NCBI RefSeq assembly: GCF_006345805.1
Contig: NC_042998.1
Span: 102,796,001-102,860,000, forward strand
Length of the DNA: 64,000 nt
DNA from: Octopus sinensis
Lineage: Eukaryota
Direction: 5' to 3'
Both the position numbers and the translations under genes were made by a program. The notes beneath the pieces are model-generated. The model saw only the letters and a program-made list of their open reading frames with translations. It was not told where the DNA came from and did no database searches. This document shows, one piece after another, positions 11,945 to 24,254 of this stretch (positions are counted from its first letter, which is position 1; each line of letters starts with the position of its first letter).

Positions 11945-13990
11945 AATACAACCAAACCGGAGTATAATGGGAACATACTCTGAGAGTAACGTACCCAAGA
12001 AAAGTGAATACAAACGGAATAATACAAGTTTCGTTTAAATCGGACCATAGATTCCGAAATACACGTGTTGTTGGAGATAGGGTTGTTTCCACAAATTTAA
12101 GCAGTAAAATCTGGAGTGGTTGCCCTTTACTGTGAACAATAGATATTTTTGTTGGCGTACGTACGGAATTGTACCTCGCCCCGTATTTGTTGCCTCATAA
12201 CTTCCAGAAAAACGGACATTTATTAACAAAAATTTCAACAAATACCGCTTACATGCTATGGATTCAGGATATATAGGGATCTATGGGAAAGAAGATTTAG
12301 AAGTGGGTGAAGAGAGGAGTTTCGACAAATTCACGCGATCCGACTTTTTCCCTCATAACTTTCAGGAAAATGGAGCTTTTAATGAAATTTTATACAAATA
12401 CCTTTCAAACGGCATAAATTACGATTATAAGGAAATGTGGAGAAGACATTTTACGAGGGGGTGGGGAGAGAAGTTTCCGACCAGGAAGACCAAATAAGTT
12501 GGAATTATTCCGTTTCGACGGGGATTTTCCCCATTTCTTTTTTATTTCACCACAGCCTTCGAAATGGTAGAGTTCTTCTTTTCATGAAAAGAAAAGTTTT
12601 GAAATTGTTTGAAATTCACCATCCACTCTAGACTGATTTTAAGCCTATTCTTTAAAACTTAAAAACCATGTGAGGAGACTTTTCGGTAAAAAAACAACAA
12701 CAATTTTAAATGTTTTCAGAGGAAAAGGTGTACGATTCAAGATTTGGCTGTTGTTTCTAGCACATCCAAATTTACCCTCCGATTTCAGTCTTACACATAT
12801 TGATGTTTTCACGATATTTTCTCCCATTAAACACATTTTATGGAATGATGATATGGTCCGTTGTTGGAATATAATCAACATATAAATATCGTAATTTAAA
12901 TATTTACCTCCATCTCAATCTATCGAAGCTATATGTGCATGTAAGGAAAAATATTTTTTTAACAGAAAAGTTTGCTATAGCACTGTAGATAAATACCAGC
13001 AATGACATTCTCAAGCTTTCTAATATTTTAATTTACAAAGGGAACAATCAGGAGCAGGGTGTAGGGTTGAAAATGTCATATTTTTTCTAATTTATAGCAT
13101 ATAAATGTATTTGTGATGAGAAAAATATTGGAAAACATCAATACTTTCAAGAATGAGTAAGAAATGGGGAGGGCTGTCTTGGCATGTGCTAGAATCAACT
13201 GCCTAATCTCCCTTAAAACACTCACTTCGTCCTCTGAAAATATTAAAGTTTTTAAAAATATTTTCTCCTACAAAAATGGCTCCTACCATGGTTTTCATGT
13301 GTCAAAGAAATTGGCCAAAATCGGTCGGGAGTGGGATGAAGAAGATCAGTGGAAGGGTTGTACATAACATTTCTTAAACATTTTTTTCATAAAAAGATTT
13401 TGCCCGCCCACATATTCTCAAAGGCTGTGGTTTAGAAGAGATAGTAAATTCCCTGGGAAAACGGAGTAGTTGCAACTTATTTGGTTTTCCTGATCCGAAA
13501 CTCCTCTCCCCACCCCATCGGAAAAATGTTCCCTACATATTTCTTTATAATCGTAATCTATGTCGTTTGGAAGGTATTTGTATTAAATTTCATCAAAAGA
13601 TATCCATTTTCCTGGAAGTTAAGAAGGGAAAAATTTCGGATCGTGTGAAGTTTTGGAACTTTTCTTCCTACCTCCTTGAAAATCTTCTTTACCATAAATC
13701 CCTACAGAATCTGAATTCACAGTATGTAAGCAGTATTTGTTGAAAATTCTATTAAGAAGTATACATTTTTCTGGAAGTTATGAGGCAACAAATTCGGGGT
13801 GGGGTTCGCATCTGTAGTTATGCAGGTTTTGTTTGTGTTCTTGCTTGCGTAAGTGCTTATCTGTAATTTAATACAACCAGGGCTCATAATGGGAAAACAC
13901 TTCGAAAGTAAGGTACCCATGAAATGTGAATAAAATGGAATGAAACAAGTCGCGCGTAAATCGGACCACATATTCCCGATATACGTGGGC
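11945..13990. mobile_element. Composite of non-autonomous repeats: ~480-bp imperfect inverted repeats (12170-12650 / 13320-13810) and direct repeats (11945-12070 / 13870-13990); Helentron/HINE- or MITE-like
   Basis: tttgttgcctcataacttccagaaaa is inverted as ttttctggaagttatgaggcaacaaa; taatacaacca...aaatcggacca is repeated directly. Confidence 0.55.
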
Positions 13991-14329
13991 TTTTTTGGTA
14001 CTTTCATAAATAGCCAAAACGCTGCATAATGGGGGAAAAAACCCTGAAATAGGAAATTTGTTTCCATTAATTTATGTTTACGTTAAATAATAATTCCTTT
14101 TGCATTTTTATAGAAGTGTGCGCATATACTAGAAATAAATGTTGTTACTGGAATTCAAGTTTATAGCGGAAGTTCTATTTCTATTAGATGCTCTAAATAA
14201 ACAATCAAACCTTGAATATGAACTTGTAAACCAGACCTATCATGATACGAACGAATTGAAATATTTAACTGAATCATCATTAAAAGCAATGTTGAAATCA
14301 GCTTCAATGTTTCATAAGCAGAACCGTCA

Positions 14330-14357
14330 GTGACCCAACGGGTCACGGGTAGTCTAG
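14330..14357 (+). mobile_element. Helitron-like 3' terminus (hairpin + CTAG)
   Basis: GTGACCC-aac-GGGTCAC hairpin, 7 nt, then CTAG. The next base is C rather than the expected T. Confidence 0.5.
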
Positions 14358-14429
14358 CGTACTCCAAATTTTAAAGCGAGCCGCTTCTTTTGAGATAATG
14401 GTAGAAACATTTTGAGCAAAACATTTTCA

Positions 14430-15330
14430 CGATAGCAACATATTTTGAGTGAATCTATGTTAATCATGAATTCATTACTTAAAAGAATATGGGCGAAATT
14501 GCTGGAAACAATGATAGCTCACGTTGTCATTCTTTCTCTCCTGATCTTTCTTTATCTTGATAAAATTACTTCATACGCTGGCAGCGACAAGACTTTTATG
14601 ATTGTAGAGTTTCTTTGTTATACTCTCCTAAATAATGATTCAAGCATATTGCGAGTCGCTTAATAACTGATAACTGTTTCACTTGAGATATTCATAGCTG
14701 TATTTATAAGCTATCTATATATGCATAACCTAAGATAGTACATTTAAATGACAATTTTCACTCATTTTACAGGGACACTATAGAATATGTACATAATACG
14801 TTTGCACCTACTAGGTAAACATTATTTAGAGATAGCTTCCGTCTTTTTCTTTTACTGTTGCTTTATCACTTGACACAACGATAGATAATAATTTGTTTCA
14901 ATGATAGCTGTTTGTCTTTACATAATGATAGCAACATCACCGCTTATAACGACAGCTTCATTTTCTTATATAACGATTACAAAATTGAGATATGGATAGC
15001 TTCATCTATTGTGACAATGAAACGTTAACATCTTGACACATTCATGGCTTCATGTCTTTTCCTAATGATAATAATAGATTCATAACTCGAAATAATGATA
15101 CGTTCACTTTCTTGCAGGATGTTACTTTCATCTATTGACATAATAACACATTCATTTGTGGTGTTAATGACTGCTATTTGTCTTGACTGAGATATTTTGT
15201 GATGAGAACAGTTACATTAATTGAAACTTTCATAGCTTTGTTTCCTGCAGTAATTACAATTTAATACCATGAGAAAAAAATGAGTCCGTTGATTGGGATA
15301 ATTACGGCTTCACATACGGCTTCAATGTTA
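14430..15330. repeat. Highly degenerate ~24-bp minisatellite (gatagcttcat...ataat)
   Basis: e.g. gatagctgtttgtctttacataat / gatagcaacatcaccgcttataac / gacagcttcattttcttatataac. Confidence 0.5.
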
Positions 15331-15334
15331 ATTG

Positions 15335-16270
15335 CATAACAGTTACGATATGCCTCAATATGACATCCTTAAAATATTAATACAAAACTTGCATGTGATA
15401 TCAGTTCCTCTTTTCAAATGGAATTTGCTCCTAGAACATTTTTCAAATAAATCCTAGATAAAATCATCGGAACCTAAGAAGTTGTCTGAAATATGACTGC
15501 CTATGATAGTTCTGTGCACAGTAAATTAACAAGTCCCATCTAAAATTTTGTAACATATTTTCTGTCTTGTTACATTAACTTTTGCAAACTTTTTCCGCAA
15601 ATAACTATGCCCAGTACACAGTTAGTACAATGTACATAATATGCATGTATATACATAATGAATATATTCATCACACTTTGTGAAACTCTCAGAATATATA
15701 TTGAACGTTGTGATGCGTTACATAACATTATCATGCAACCACGTTGTTTACAACACAGACACACACACACACACACACAAGCACACAAGCATACACACAT
15801 ATACACACACATATTTGTGCATGAACTCATGTATATTTTTATTTAATGACATCGAATTATCTACAACAGAAAACGGCAAATATATAACAGTTACGATCAA
15901 TCTTTACATGACATCACTAAAATATTGATGTAAAAATTGCTTGTGATATAAGTTTCTTTTTCTAAATGGAATTTAACCTTCAAGCATCTTCCACATAAAT
16001 CTTAGATCAGTAAATTTATCGGAGGGCTGTGAATCGTCTAGAATACGGCTGCCCATGGCAATTCTGTGCTCTCTAAATTGGCAGGCCCTATCTGAATAGT
16101 TCGTGGCACATTTTCATGGCAACCTGCAAATCTGCGTTGATGTCAAATACACACACACGCGCGCGCTCGCGCGCACACACTCACTCTTATTTGTGCATCT
16201 CCTGATGTACACTGTTGTTATTTAACGACGTGGAATTATCTACAGCAGAAAACGAAATAATATATATGTT
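15335..16270 (+). repeat. Old tandem duplication (~550-bp period) with a third partial unit
   Basis: acagttacgat..gacatc..aaaatatt..tgtgatat..aaatggaattt at ~15338 and ~15887; gaattatctaca.cagaaaacg at ~15854 and ~16232. Confidence 0.65.
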
Positions 16271-17304
16271 TCTGATAGGAAAAAAAAAACATAGGGAAAA
16301 GGAAAACATATTGAGCCTAGAGAGTGGGTAGAAAGGGGAAATGTGATAATGTTTATTTGTTTCCTTTCAATTAGTGTTGAAGTGAAATATGCTACAGCTG
16401 CTGAGAAATTTCGATATAAATAATAGTCGCCGTCATTCCGGTCTACTTTTCTTTCTGAAGATACGTACTATTTCTGAACGTATAATCTCGGAGGAAATTG
16501 TACGTATTGAATGTTTTCAGATTCGTTGCAATTAACCTGTATATGACCTAGCTTTTATTCTGCGACACGAAGCTTTAATATTGTTGATATTCGTTTGGCA
16601 TGAATGGTATTTTCCTATACACACTCATTATTCGAGAATGGATATATTTACAGGAAGATAATATTGTTGTGCAAATATTTATAACAATGTATTTTCATTT
16701 TCATAATCAGATAGAATCACCAGTGGTAATACAATCCAATATTAAAAGAATGCTAGAATTAGTTGCTCATCAATTTCTGCTTCTATACGGGAATTCCCAT
16801 AGATAATAGACAGAACTCTCAGTTTGCACGTAACTAAATAGATTGCGTTAAACATCGATAATGCCAGTATACCTTGGGTTATTTAAATTAGAATTTTATT
16901 ATCTAGATGAAATTATCCGGGAATTTCCAGCAGAAAGTATATGTTTCTGAGCATGCGAATGGAAACATTTATATCAATGTTTGTGCCATTGAAGGACGTA
17001 GAACATTATTGTACATTTATAATAATACAAACTGCAGTAGCAATATATGGATCATACAATTTATATTAGAAAATATTGTCATTGATTATATCAGTTATCC
17101 AAGAGCAGCTTCCTGATATATGAGGAATGATATCTATTATCTTACATAACGGAATGTGGATATTCGAACATAGAAAATCATATATTTAGTAAATAATGTA
17201 AATCTGTTAATCTCTTAGATTTTCAGTTAGCATTGAATACCTTTGTTATTAGTTTGATATATCCCTCTTGTTACTTCCACATCATTTGTGTATTTTTCTT
17301 TCAG

Positions 17305-17379
17305 ACCTCTATATTTAAAAGCAGCAACTAATCGTCAACATTGGATTTATGTTATTCTAAGAATAATGGAAGAAAAGTG
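17305..17379 (+). CDS. Candidate 75-nt symmetrical host exon (PLYLKAATNRQHWIYVILRIMEEK)
   Basis: tttttctttcag acceptor, gtaagt donor, only one open frame (phase 2 to 2). Protein not recognised. Confidence 0.4.
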
Positions 17380-19534
17380 GTAAGTTTAAATTTATTTTAT
17401 GTAATCATTATTCACATGTAGAATGTTCAAATATGCATCGATGGAATGCTAAAAGAACTATCCGAAATACACTGACGAATATAGGGTACACAGTTAGGCA
17501 GTTAAAAATGATCTGAGTGATGTTAAAATACTAAATCTCTTCAAAAAGTTCTGATATTGAATATCCCTTGCAAAATTATTCGTTATTTAAATGTTGAGAT
17601 TATTTTTATTACCCAACAAGTTGTCTGCATTTTATACATTAAACCAATACAAAATGGGGCTTCCACTGTATTACAGGAAATTATTAGGGAATAATTTATG
17701 CAATGATATTCGTGCTTTAAAAAATAGTAGATCCTGCTGGTTGAATTTATTTCATTATATTTCTAAACTTGTGAATAATATGCAAATGTAATGAAATGCA
17801 ATGCGTAATACATATTGCAAAAACGAAAGTTATTCAAAAGAAATGACAATAGCAAGACACAGTAATGATACAACCATCCAATACTATATACTACTATATT
17901 CTCACAAATATAACAATACAATCTTCCAACTTGTCATCAGGGAATCATTTATCGATTTATTTTGTCATCTGACCTGCTCGACTTACGTTAGATACAGATT
18001 TATAAGATTTATGGCAACATGAAATTCTAAGTAGTTACAACACATAATAAATTTGTATTTTCTTAGTTTCCAATCTTCCTTGAAACCATATCTTGGGATA
18101 GAATTGTTTAAACTATGACATTTTTCAATAAAATTCATCATTATTATGCGACGTTTGACTATTAATGAAATTATTCAGGAAGTCTTTCACAATATAAATA
18201 TTGAAGGCCCATCCAGTACCAACGTTTTCTGGGAATCCACCCAGATTCAAATCTACTAAATTTAATATAGTGTAAAAATTACCTCATGAGCATTTACAAA
18301 TGTACATTGTGATCAAAATTTTATTTACCACATACATTTCTGCATGTTATTTCCTTTACAAATGAAAAAATTATGTAAAGTTCATATGATTGGAAATTTA
18401 ATTAGAATTCCTAGTAACATAATAGCATGATACAGAACAATAAAAAAACGAATTAACCTTATTCTGTAGAGATATATTTTGCGCAAATGAAGCGTCGGTA
18501 TAGATTTTATTCTCAACTTTGTAATTCCTACTAAGATAATCAATCAATTTCTACCTATGTAGGAATATAATTAAAGATTTAACAGAAGTTGCAATGATTT
18601 ATCATAATTGCACATCATTACATCGTATCACCAATTAGCAATTCAGCTTCTTAAAGGTATTTTATCTTGTATGGCAATCATCTGTCTAGTAATAGATTGA
18701 AATCCTTTAATGATTTTCATTTTGATCAACTTCAGTCTTAATTATACTTGTGGTTGACAGAGGAATTAAATAAGCATATATTTCTTGATATTTCCTTCAT
18801 AAAACAAGCTCTGTTTGCATCACAATAATGACTACGTGGTTTAAGATTTAGACTTGTGACAATGTGGCTTACATTACAAATCAAATGTGTCGAATTGAAA
18901 CATTGTCGGAAGGACGAGAAAACTTCCTTAATCCGAACACCCATTAAATATCAAAACCGAGCCCATTAAATATAAAAGCTTGTCCCATGTATATATCTAT
19001 CGAAACGTCTGGCTGGGTATCCGTTCGGACGATAAGTTATTATGTTTTTAATAGCATTCACGTTAAACCATGAATAGGACCATCCTTGATATGGTTTGTC
19101 TCTCTCTCTCACTCTCTCTCTCTCTCTCTCCTCTCACACACACACTTACACACACAAACACACACACACATGTATATATGCATTATTTTCTTTCTAACAC
19201 CTGGCATTCCAATGTTATTATGTAATCGCTTATGTATCAAAAATTTCATGAAACACATTACCCGCTACTGAAATATATATAAAGAATATGCAATTTAGGA
19301 CTTGATAATAAAAAAAAGTAAATAACCCGCCTGCTTAACCTACTCATGTATATATTATATATGTATGTATGTATATATATATATATGTATGTATGTATGT
19401 ACGTATATACATGCATATATACATGTGTGTTTGTATACATACACATTCAAACACACGCAAATATATATGTATATATGTAGAAGGTTGAAAAGGAAGTCAC
19501 GAGTGAATATATATATATATATATATACATATAT

Positions 19535-19750
19535 GGAAAAATATCAATGTAGAAAATGCTAAAATAGTTTCATAAAAAATAATTTCAGCACAGGCTTCAG
19601 TCATTGAAATTTTTTCAACTGTAAGTATGGTAAAAGGTAAATTTGGGAAACATTAAAGAAAAGTTTTTTAAAGGAATATTTGCATAGTATTCAAATACAA
19701 GAGTCATTTTCCTTTTTTCTGTCTGTCTCTGACTCTCTTGTTTACTCTTG
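19535..19750 (-). mobile_element. Degraded copy of the mini-PLE/pLTR family at 27745-27962, with a decayed hammerhead (19582-19624)
   Basis: Reverse complement reads ttacagTTGAAAA..gactGAAGCctGTGctgaaat...attttagcattttcta; also shares aagaaaagttttttaaa.gaatatt..tctctgactc.cttgttt. Confidence 0.7.
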
Positions 19751-19835
19751 TTACATATGTGTGTGTGTAAGTGTGTGCATATTCACATAAATAATCCATG
19801 GATATGACTACATGTAATATAACATATTTATGCAT

Positions 19836-20138
19836 CATTTTTTTATGCGACCTTTTCAAGGCTCATGGGCCCGGTTTCGTGGTTTCTATGGCGTATGTGT
19901 TCACCCTAGCTGGACGGGACGCTAGCCCATCGCAGCGTTCCACAAGAAAGAGGAAGAAAGAGTGAGAGAATGTTGGGGCGAAAGAGTACAACAGGCGTCG
20001 TCACCACTCCCTGTCGGAGTCTCGTGGAGCTATAGGTGTTCTCGCTCAATAAACACATCTAACGCCCGGTCTGGGAATCGAATCCACGGTCCTCCGACCG
20101 CGAGTCCGGTGCCCTAACCACTGCGCCATTGCGCCTCC
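19836..20138 (-). mobile_element. tRNA(Arg-like)-derived SINE
   Basis: Head ggaggcgcaaTGGCGCAGTGGttaggg...GATTCGATTCC (A and B boxes); central ctgcgatgggctagcgtcccgtccag motif resembles conserved SINE body domains; A-rich end. Confidence 0.8.
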
Positions 20139-20338
20139 ATATTTATACATAATGATAAATGTAATTCTGTATATTAGTATGTGAGTATATATATATATAT
20201 ATATATATACCAGGTGGTGCTATTAAGTTAGACATGGCCTGGGCCAATAATGGCCGAAACCTATCAAAGTATCAAAGTATCAAAGTATATATATATATAT
20301 ATATATACGCGAGAAAGAAGCAACAAGAATGGATAGGT

Positions 20339-20429
20339 TTTTAGTACAATCGTTTCATACAAGGACAGGCTTTATTAAAAGTTGTAAAAATTACAGCATA
20401 TAAACGTGCCCCGTACTCATCAGCTAAAA
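20339..20429 (-). ncRNA. Predicted type I hammerhead ribozyme (inverted arm)
   Basis: Exact reverse complement of 20926-21016. Confidence 0.75.
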
Positions 20430-20925
20430 TACATGTGAGTTCTCTAGACATCCTAGTGGTTGAGGCTATACTCATGAAGTAATGTAGATAATTAAGTAAC
20501 ATAGACAGATTTGTTCAACCATTGATAAATTTATCGCCTGTGAATATGAAATTCCTCTTCATTTCTCTGGAAATTTACATCTGCACCATTGGAAATTGTG
20601 CATCTATACAAAGGATTAATTCACCCTCTCTGTAATGCTAATAAGCAGGAATTGAGACCCACCTCGTTGTGATTAACAATGGATAAATTTGTCTTCTGTG
20701 AGTATGTAATCCCTCATCATATCTCTGGAAATTCATATGTGCTCTATGGATTAGGTCACCTTCTCTGTGATGCTATTAAAACTTTTTTAAAATTCTGTGA
20801 TAAGACTGTACATCATCTTTAAAGAACTGTAATGAACTTTGGAAATCTGTCTATGTTACTTAATTATCTACATTACTTCATGAGTATAGCCTCAACCACT
20901 AGGATGTCTAGAGAACTCACATGTA

Positions 20926-21016
20926 TTTTAGCTGATGAGTACGGGGCACGTTTATATGCTGTAATTTTTACAACTTTTAATAAAGCCTGTCCTTGTATGA
21001 AACGATTGTACTAAAA
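20926..21016 (+). ncRNA. Predicted type I hammerhead ribozyme, cleavage after GUA at 21010
   Basis: Helix I ttttag/ctaaaa; CUGAUGA 20932-20938; helix II gtacggg../..ccttgtat with a large loop; GAAAC-gatt-GUA. Confidence 0.75.
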
Positions 21017-21177
21017 ACCTATCCATTCTTGTTGCTTCTTTCTCGCTTATAATCACCCCGCATTACTGTATTGTTAAAACAGTATAGTTTTTTTTTTTTG
21101 GTGCATCTAAGTTAGGTACCATATTCAAGTAAATTCATTTAAATTAACTTGAATCTTTATTGCTTTTTGTATATATA

Positions 21178-21239
<62 letters not shown>

Positions 21240-21240
<1 letters not shown>

Positions 21241-23314
21241 GACGTTGTATTATATTTTAATATATATCATATACCCATGTACACACACGCATATCTTCTT
21301 ACATAAAATAGACCCGCGTGTGTATGTATTCGCTTTTCATGCGAAAATGGCTTCGCGAATTGCTTCCATACTTGGAATGCACGAATGATTTGACCTCGGA
21401 TACATAATAGGGTCTTCAGTTGAATTTTTTATCAAAAATAAACAATATTGCTTTCTATATGTGACTCACATCTTTAAAAAGATTTCTGAATGTCAACTTC
21501 CAGTATTGACGTAACGACGGCAAAATTTTTCCGTTTTCATTTGCAAAGTCACAAATTTAAATATTCGGTACAAGATAGTTTTTAACGATAGTTATCTATA
21601 CGATCTTTTCATTTCATGTTTATTTCATTCATTGTTTGCAGTGTTCTCTCTCCCCCACCTTCTCTCTTACAAACATACAAATCAGTCACGCACGCACACG
21701 TGTGTTTTTGTATGTACGTTTGAATACATTTATGTATGTGCGAGTGAGAGAGAGAGAGAGAATCAGTTAAGGGACGTGTTGTCATGTATGTACGTACATA
21801 AATACATTTGCATTCATCTTTTTGCATACATGTGAGAGAGAGAGAGAGAGAGGGTGTAATGTCTAAATGGCATTCACACACACATACTCTCTCTAACATG
21901 CACACACACACACACACGAAAATAATGTATGCATATTCATATATGTATGTATACATGACAACGCACTCTTACTCCCTCTCAAACACGTCCATTTCATCTG
22001 TTGTTTGATACTGTATTATGTACGTGTGCGTATGTGTGTGTGTGTGTGTGTGTGTATGTGTGTATCTGTGTGTCTGTGTGCGAGCGTGGGGCGTTCCACA
22101 ATCGTCATCTCTTTCAATCACTCTTCTGAAGATATTCACGTAACATATGTTTTCATTTAATCGCGAGTCAATATTGAATTCTGCAACTCTATTAACTCTA
22201 TTAAGTATGTTTGCAAATACATAAACAAAAGTTTAGATGTTGCAACATACATTCTTATGCAGAATAGCAGTCAGCATATAAATAAAAATGACGAGGGTGT
22301 ACAGTATGACAGAAGGTACATCAGTGCCAATGAGGCGTGTCTTCAATTTTCCCATTCATGCGAGGTACCCAGTCATTATTCATCTGAGTGTCCATCTAGT
22401 GAAGGGTTATCTTTAGAAAATAAACAGTCGTTTAAGACACGCTTTCCCCAAAAGAAACTATTCTCATTGACTTTTTTAAGTTGTGTCAAGTAGATGAAGA
22501 TGCACAATTGCATAAGTATTACACAATTGCATAAGTATTACACCTGGAGAAACAATAAATGGCACAAGAGGAATGGGCTGACGCACTTGCAAGTGTTTGT
22601 AGGGTCCCCCATCAAGCCAATCAGAATGCTAAAGCTCACGGCTTCTTTTGCATAAAGTACGTGGTCACAAAATTCGAGGAGTGTAAATGGTCGTGTGTGA
22701 AACTTATAGGAAAGCATACTATCAGCAAGGTTCTTTTTAGAAAATGATGTGCTTTGAAACCTTGAATTGACTGAAGCATCAGTATCAGATTATCCGAGGA
22801 AATTCCGTAACCTTTTCACAATTATACTGAACATGTGTCAACTTGGCAGTCTCCTACAGCTTTGAATGAAACATTGTGAGGACGTAGTTGAGGACGTAAA
22901 GCATGCTGTTCAATAGACAATCCTAGATATCAATATACAGTTCTCTGAAACAATTTTTAGTCAAGTACTGGTTGAAATGGAGGATCAAGTTTTAGCCATA
23001 GGAGGCAAACATTTGCAAGAGTATGGCTCTCCACTGCCAAAAACAAACCGACAAATTAATGATTTAACTTCAAGAGTCATAGCAAGAAGGACAAATTATG
23101 ACATCACAGACTTGGCTAAACTCCTTCCAGAACACCGGTGTGCAATATGATCGTTATTATTCTTTTCGTTTTGTACTATGAATTCAGAATTGAATCCCAA
23201 TTGAAGAATAAATTGAAGTTAGAATAACAAATCTCTATACAGCTTATTTTGCTTTTTATTTCCAATATGGAAGGAACAATTTAATTCCCGAGCAACTCTG
23301 GGCGTCTCTGCTAG
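21240..23314 (+). mobile_element. Helitron relic with RepHel fragments (~22230-23130) and 3' hairpin + CTAG (23287-23314)
   Basis: RRYISANEA; LLLHKVRG; ENDV..L.EASVSDYP..FRNLFTIIL; GGKHLQEYGSP-like fragments; cccgagcaactctggg...ctagt terminus. 5' boundary approximate. Confidence 0.75.
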
Positions 23315-23834
23315 TATATATATATATATTAATAAGCACAGAGGAGAAGGAAATAGTAAATCGACTATCTTATATGCTTTTATAGACGCCAGGTTTAATT
23401 TAGTTACGATATATTTATACTAACACCCCGGAATCAATTTCGAGAATTGCGTAAAAGTTTCTGTTATTTTATGGAGGAAAACACCTTACGAATGAAATTA
23501 AATTAACTACACGAATTTGCGTCAGGTTATAATATAAAAGTCTTAATGGCAATGCTTAATAGATTTTATGCCAAGTCTGGAACATAATTTTATCGAACTC
23601 AAGAAAATGAAAGACAAAATCGCTCACAGCAGAAATTGAATTCAGCGTAAAGCGCCGACGCTCTAATTTTATACCAGTCTTGCAGCTTTAAAATAAATTA
23701 ATAAGTCCTTCATTTGTTCGCTGCAGACGTACTTTCAACATAGAAAACTATTCACACAAAAGGTCTATAAAGGTGTGCAGTATTTCTGGAATATTTGCGT
23801 AGGTTCAAAAAGCTGTTCGATAAAAAAAAAAAGA

Positions 23835-24225
23835 AATCAAGAGTACTCAGAGAGCGCAAACCTCTGCCAAGGCAACACCGATGTCCTATCAACAATTAGC
23901 CAGAGATGATTTTTTAAATGAGATTATCTGAAATAAACTAGAGTGCTCTCACAAACGAGTGCTCTCACAAACGAGAATACTAAAAATTAACCCGAAGATC
24001 TCAAAAATTAAGTAAAATAATTAATGAAAAATAATCCAGAATCCTTGTCCGGTACGGATCGATCCTAAAATTCAGGCATTCCGTGCCAATCACGAGGCCA
24101 AACATCCCTGAAAGTTTCTTCCGAATCCACCCAGCGGTTCTTGAGATATCTTGTCCACGGACGAACAAACAAACAAACAAACAGGACAGAAACCAATGCC
24201 ATCGCCTTCTCTAAGGCGGGGGTAA
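23835..24225 (+). mobile_element. Non-autonomous Helentron-type (HINE-like) element
   Basis: 5' caagag..cctctgccaaggc sub-terminal repeat; (aaac)n near the 3' end; cgcctt-ctct-aaggcg hairpin then ggggtaa. Confidence 0.65.
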
Positions 24226-24254
24226 TACACATAGTTATTCTATTTAAACTTTGT

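Larger units (their letters stand above)
20309..21168 (+). mobile_element. Short 5'-truncated/inverted copy of the Naiad-like Penelope element (inverted arm 20309-20512 + direct 20513-21168), flanked by (TA)n
   Basis: The direct part is near-identical to 63221-63872; the inverted arm is the reverse complement of ~20843-21046. Confidence 0.9.

Noticed and set aside
19836-20138. tRNA-Arg gene
   Set aside because: The tRNA-like part lacks a proper acceptor stem and continues into a SINE body.
20225-20290. ggcc...ggccGAAAC segment resembling half a hammerhead
   Set aside because: No CUGANGA or U3-A8 equivalent, and no GUH after helix III.
20832-21014. 60-aa ORF repeated three times in the track (also 60386-60568 and 63539-63721)
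   Set aside because: It overlaps the hammerhead/pLTR. Its recurrence reflects the repeat's copy number and it has no protein motif, though a small pLTR-encoded peptide cannot be strictly excluded.
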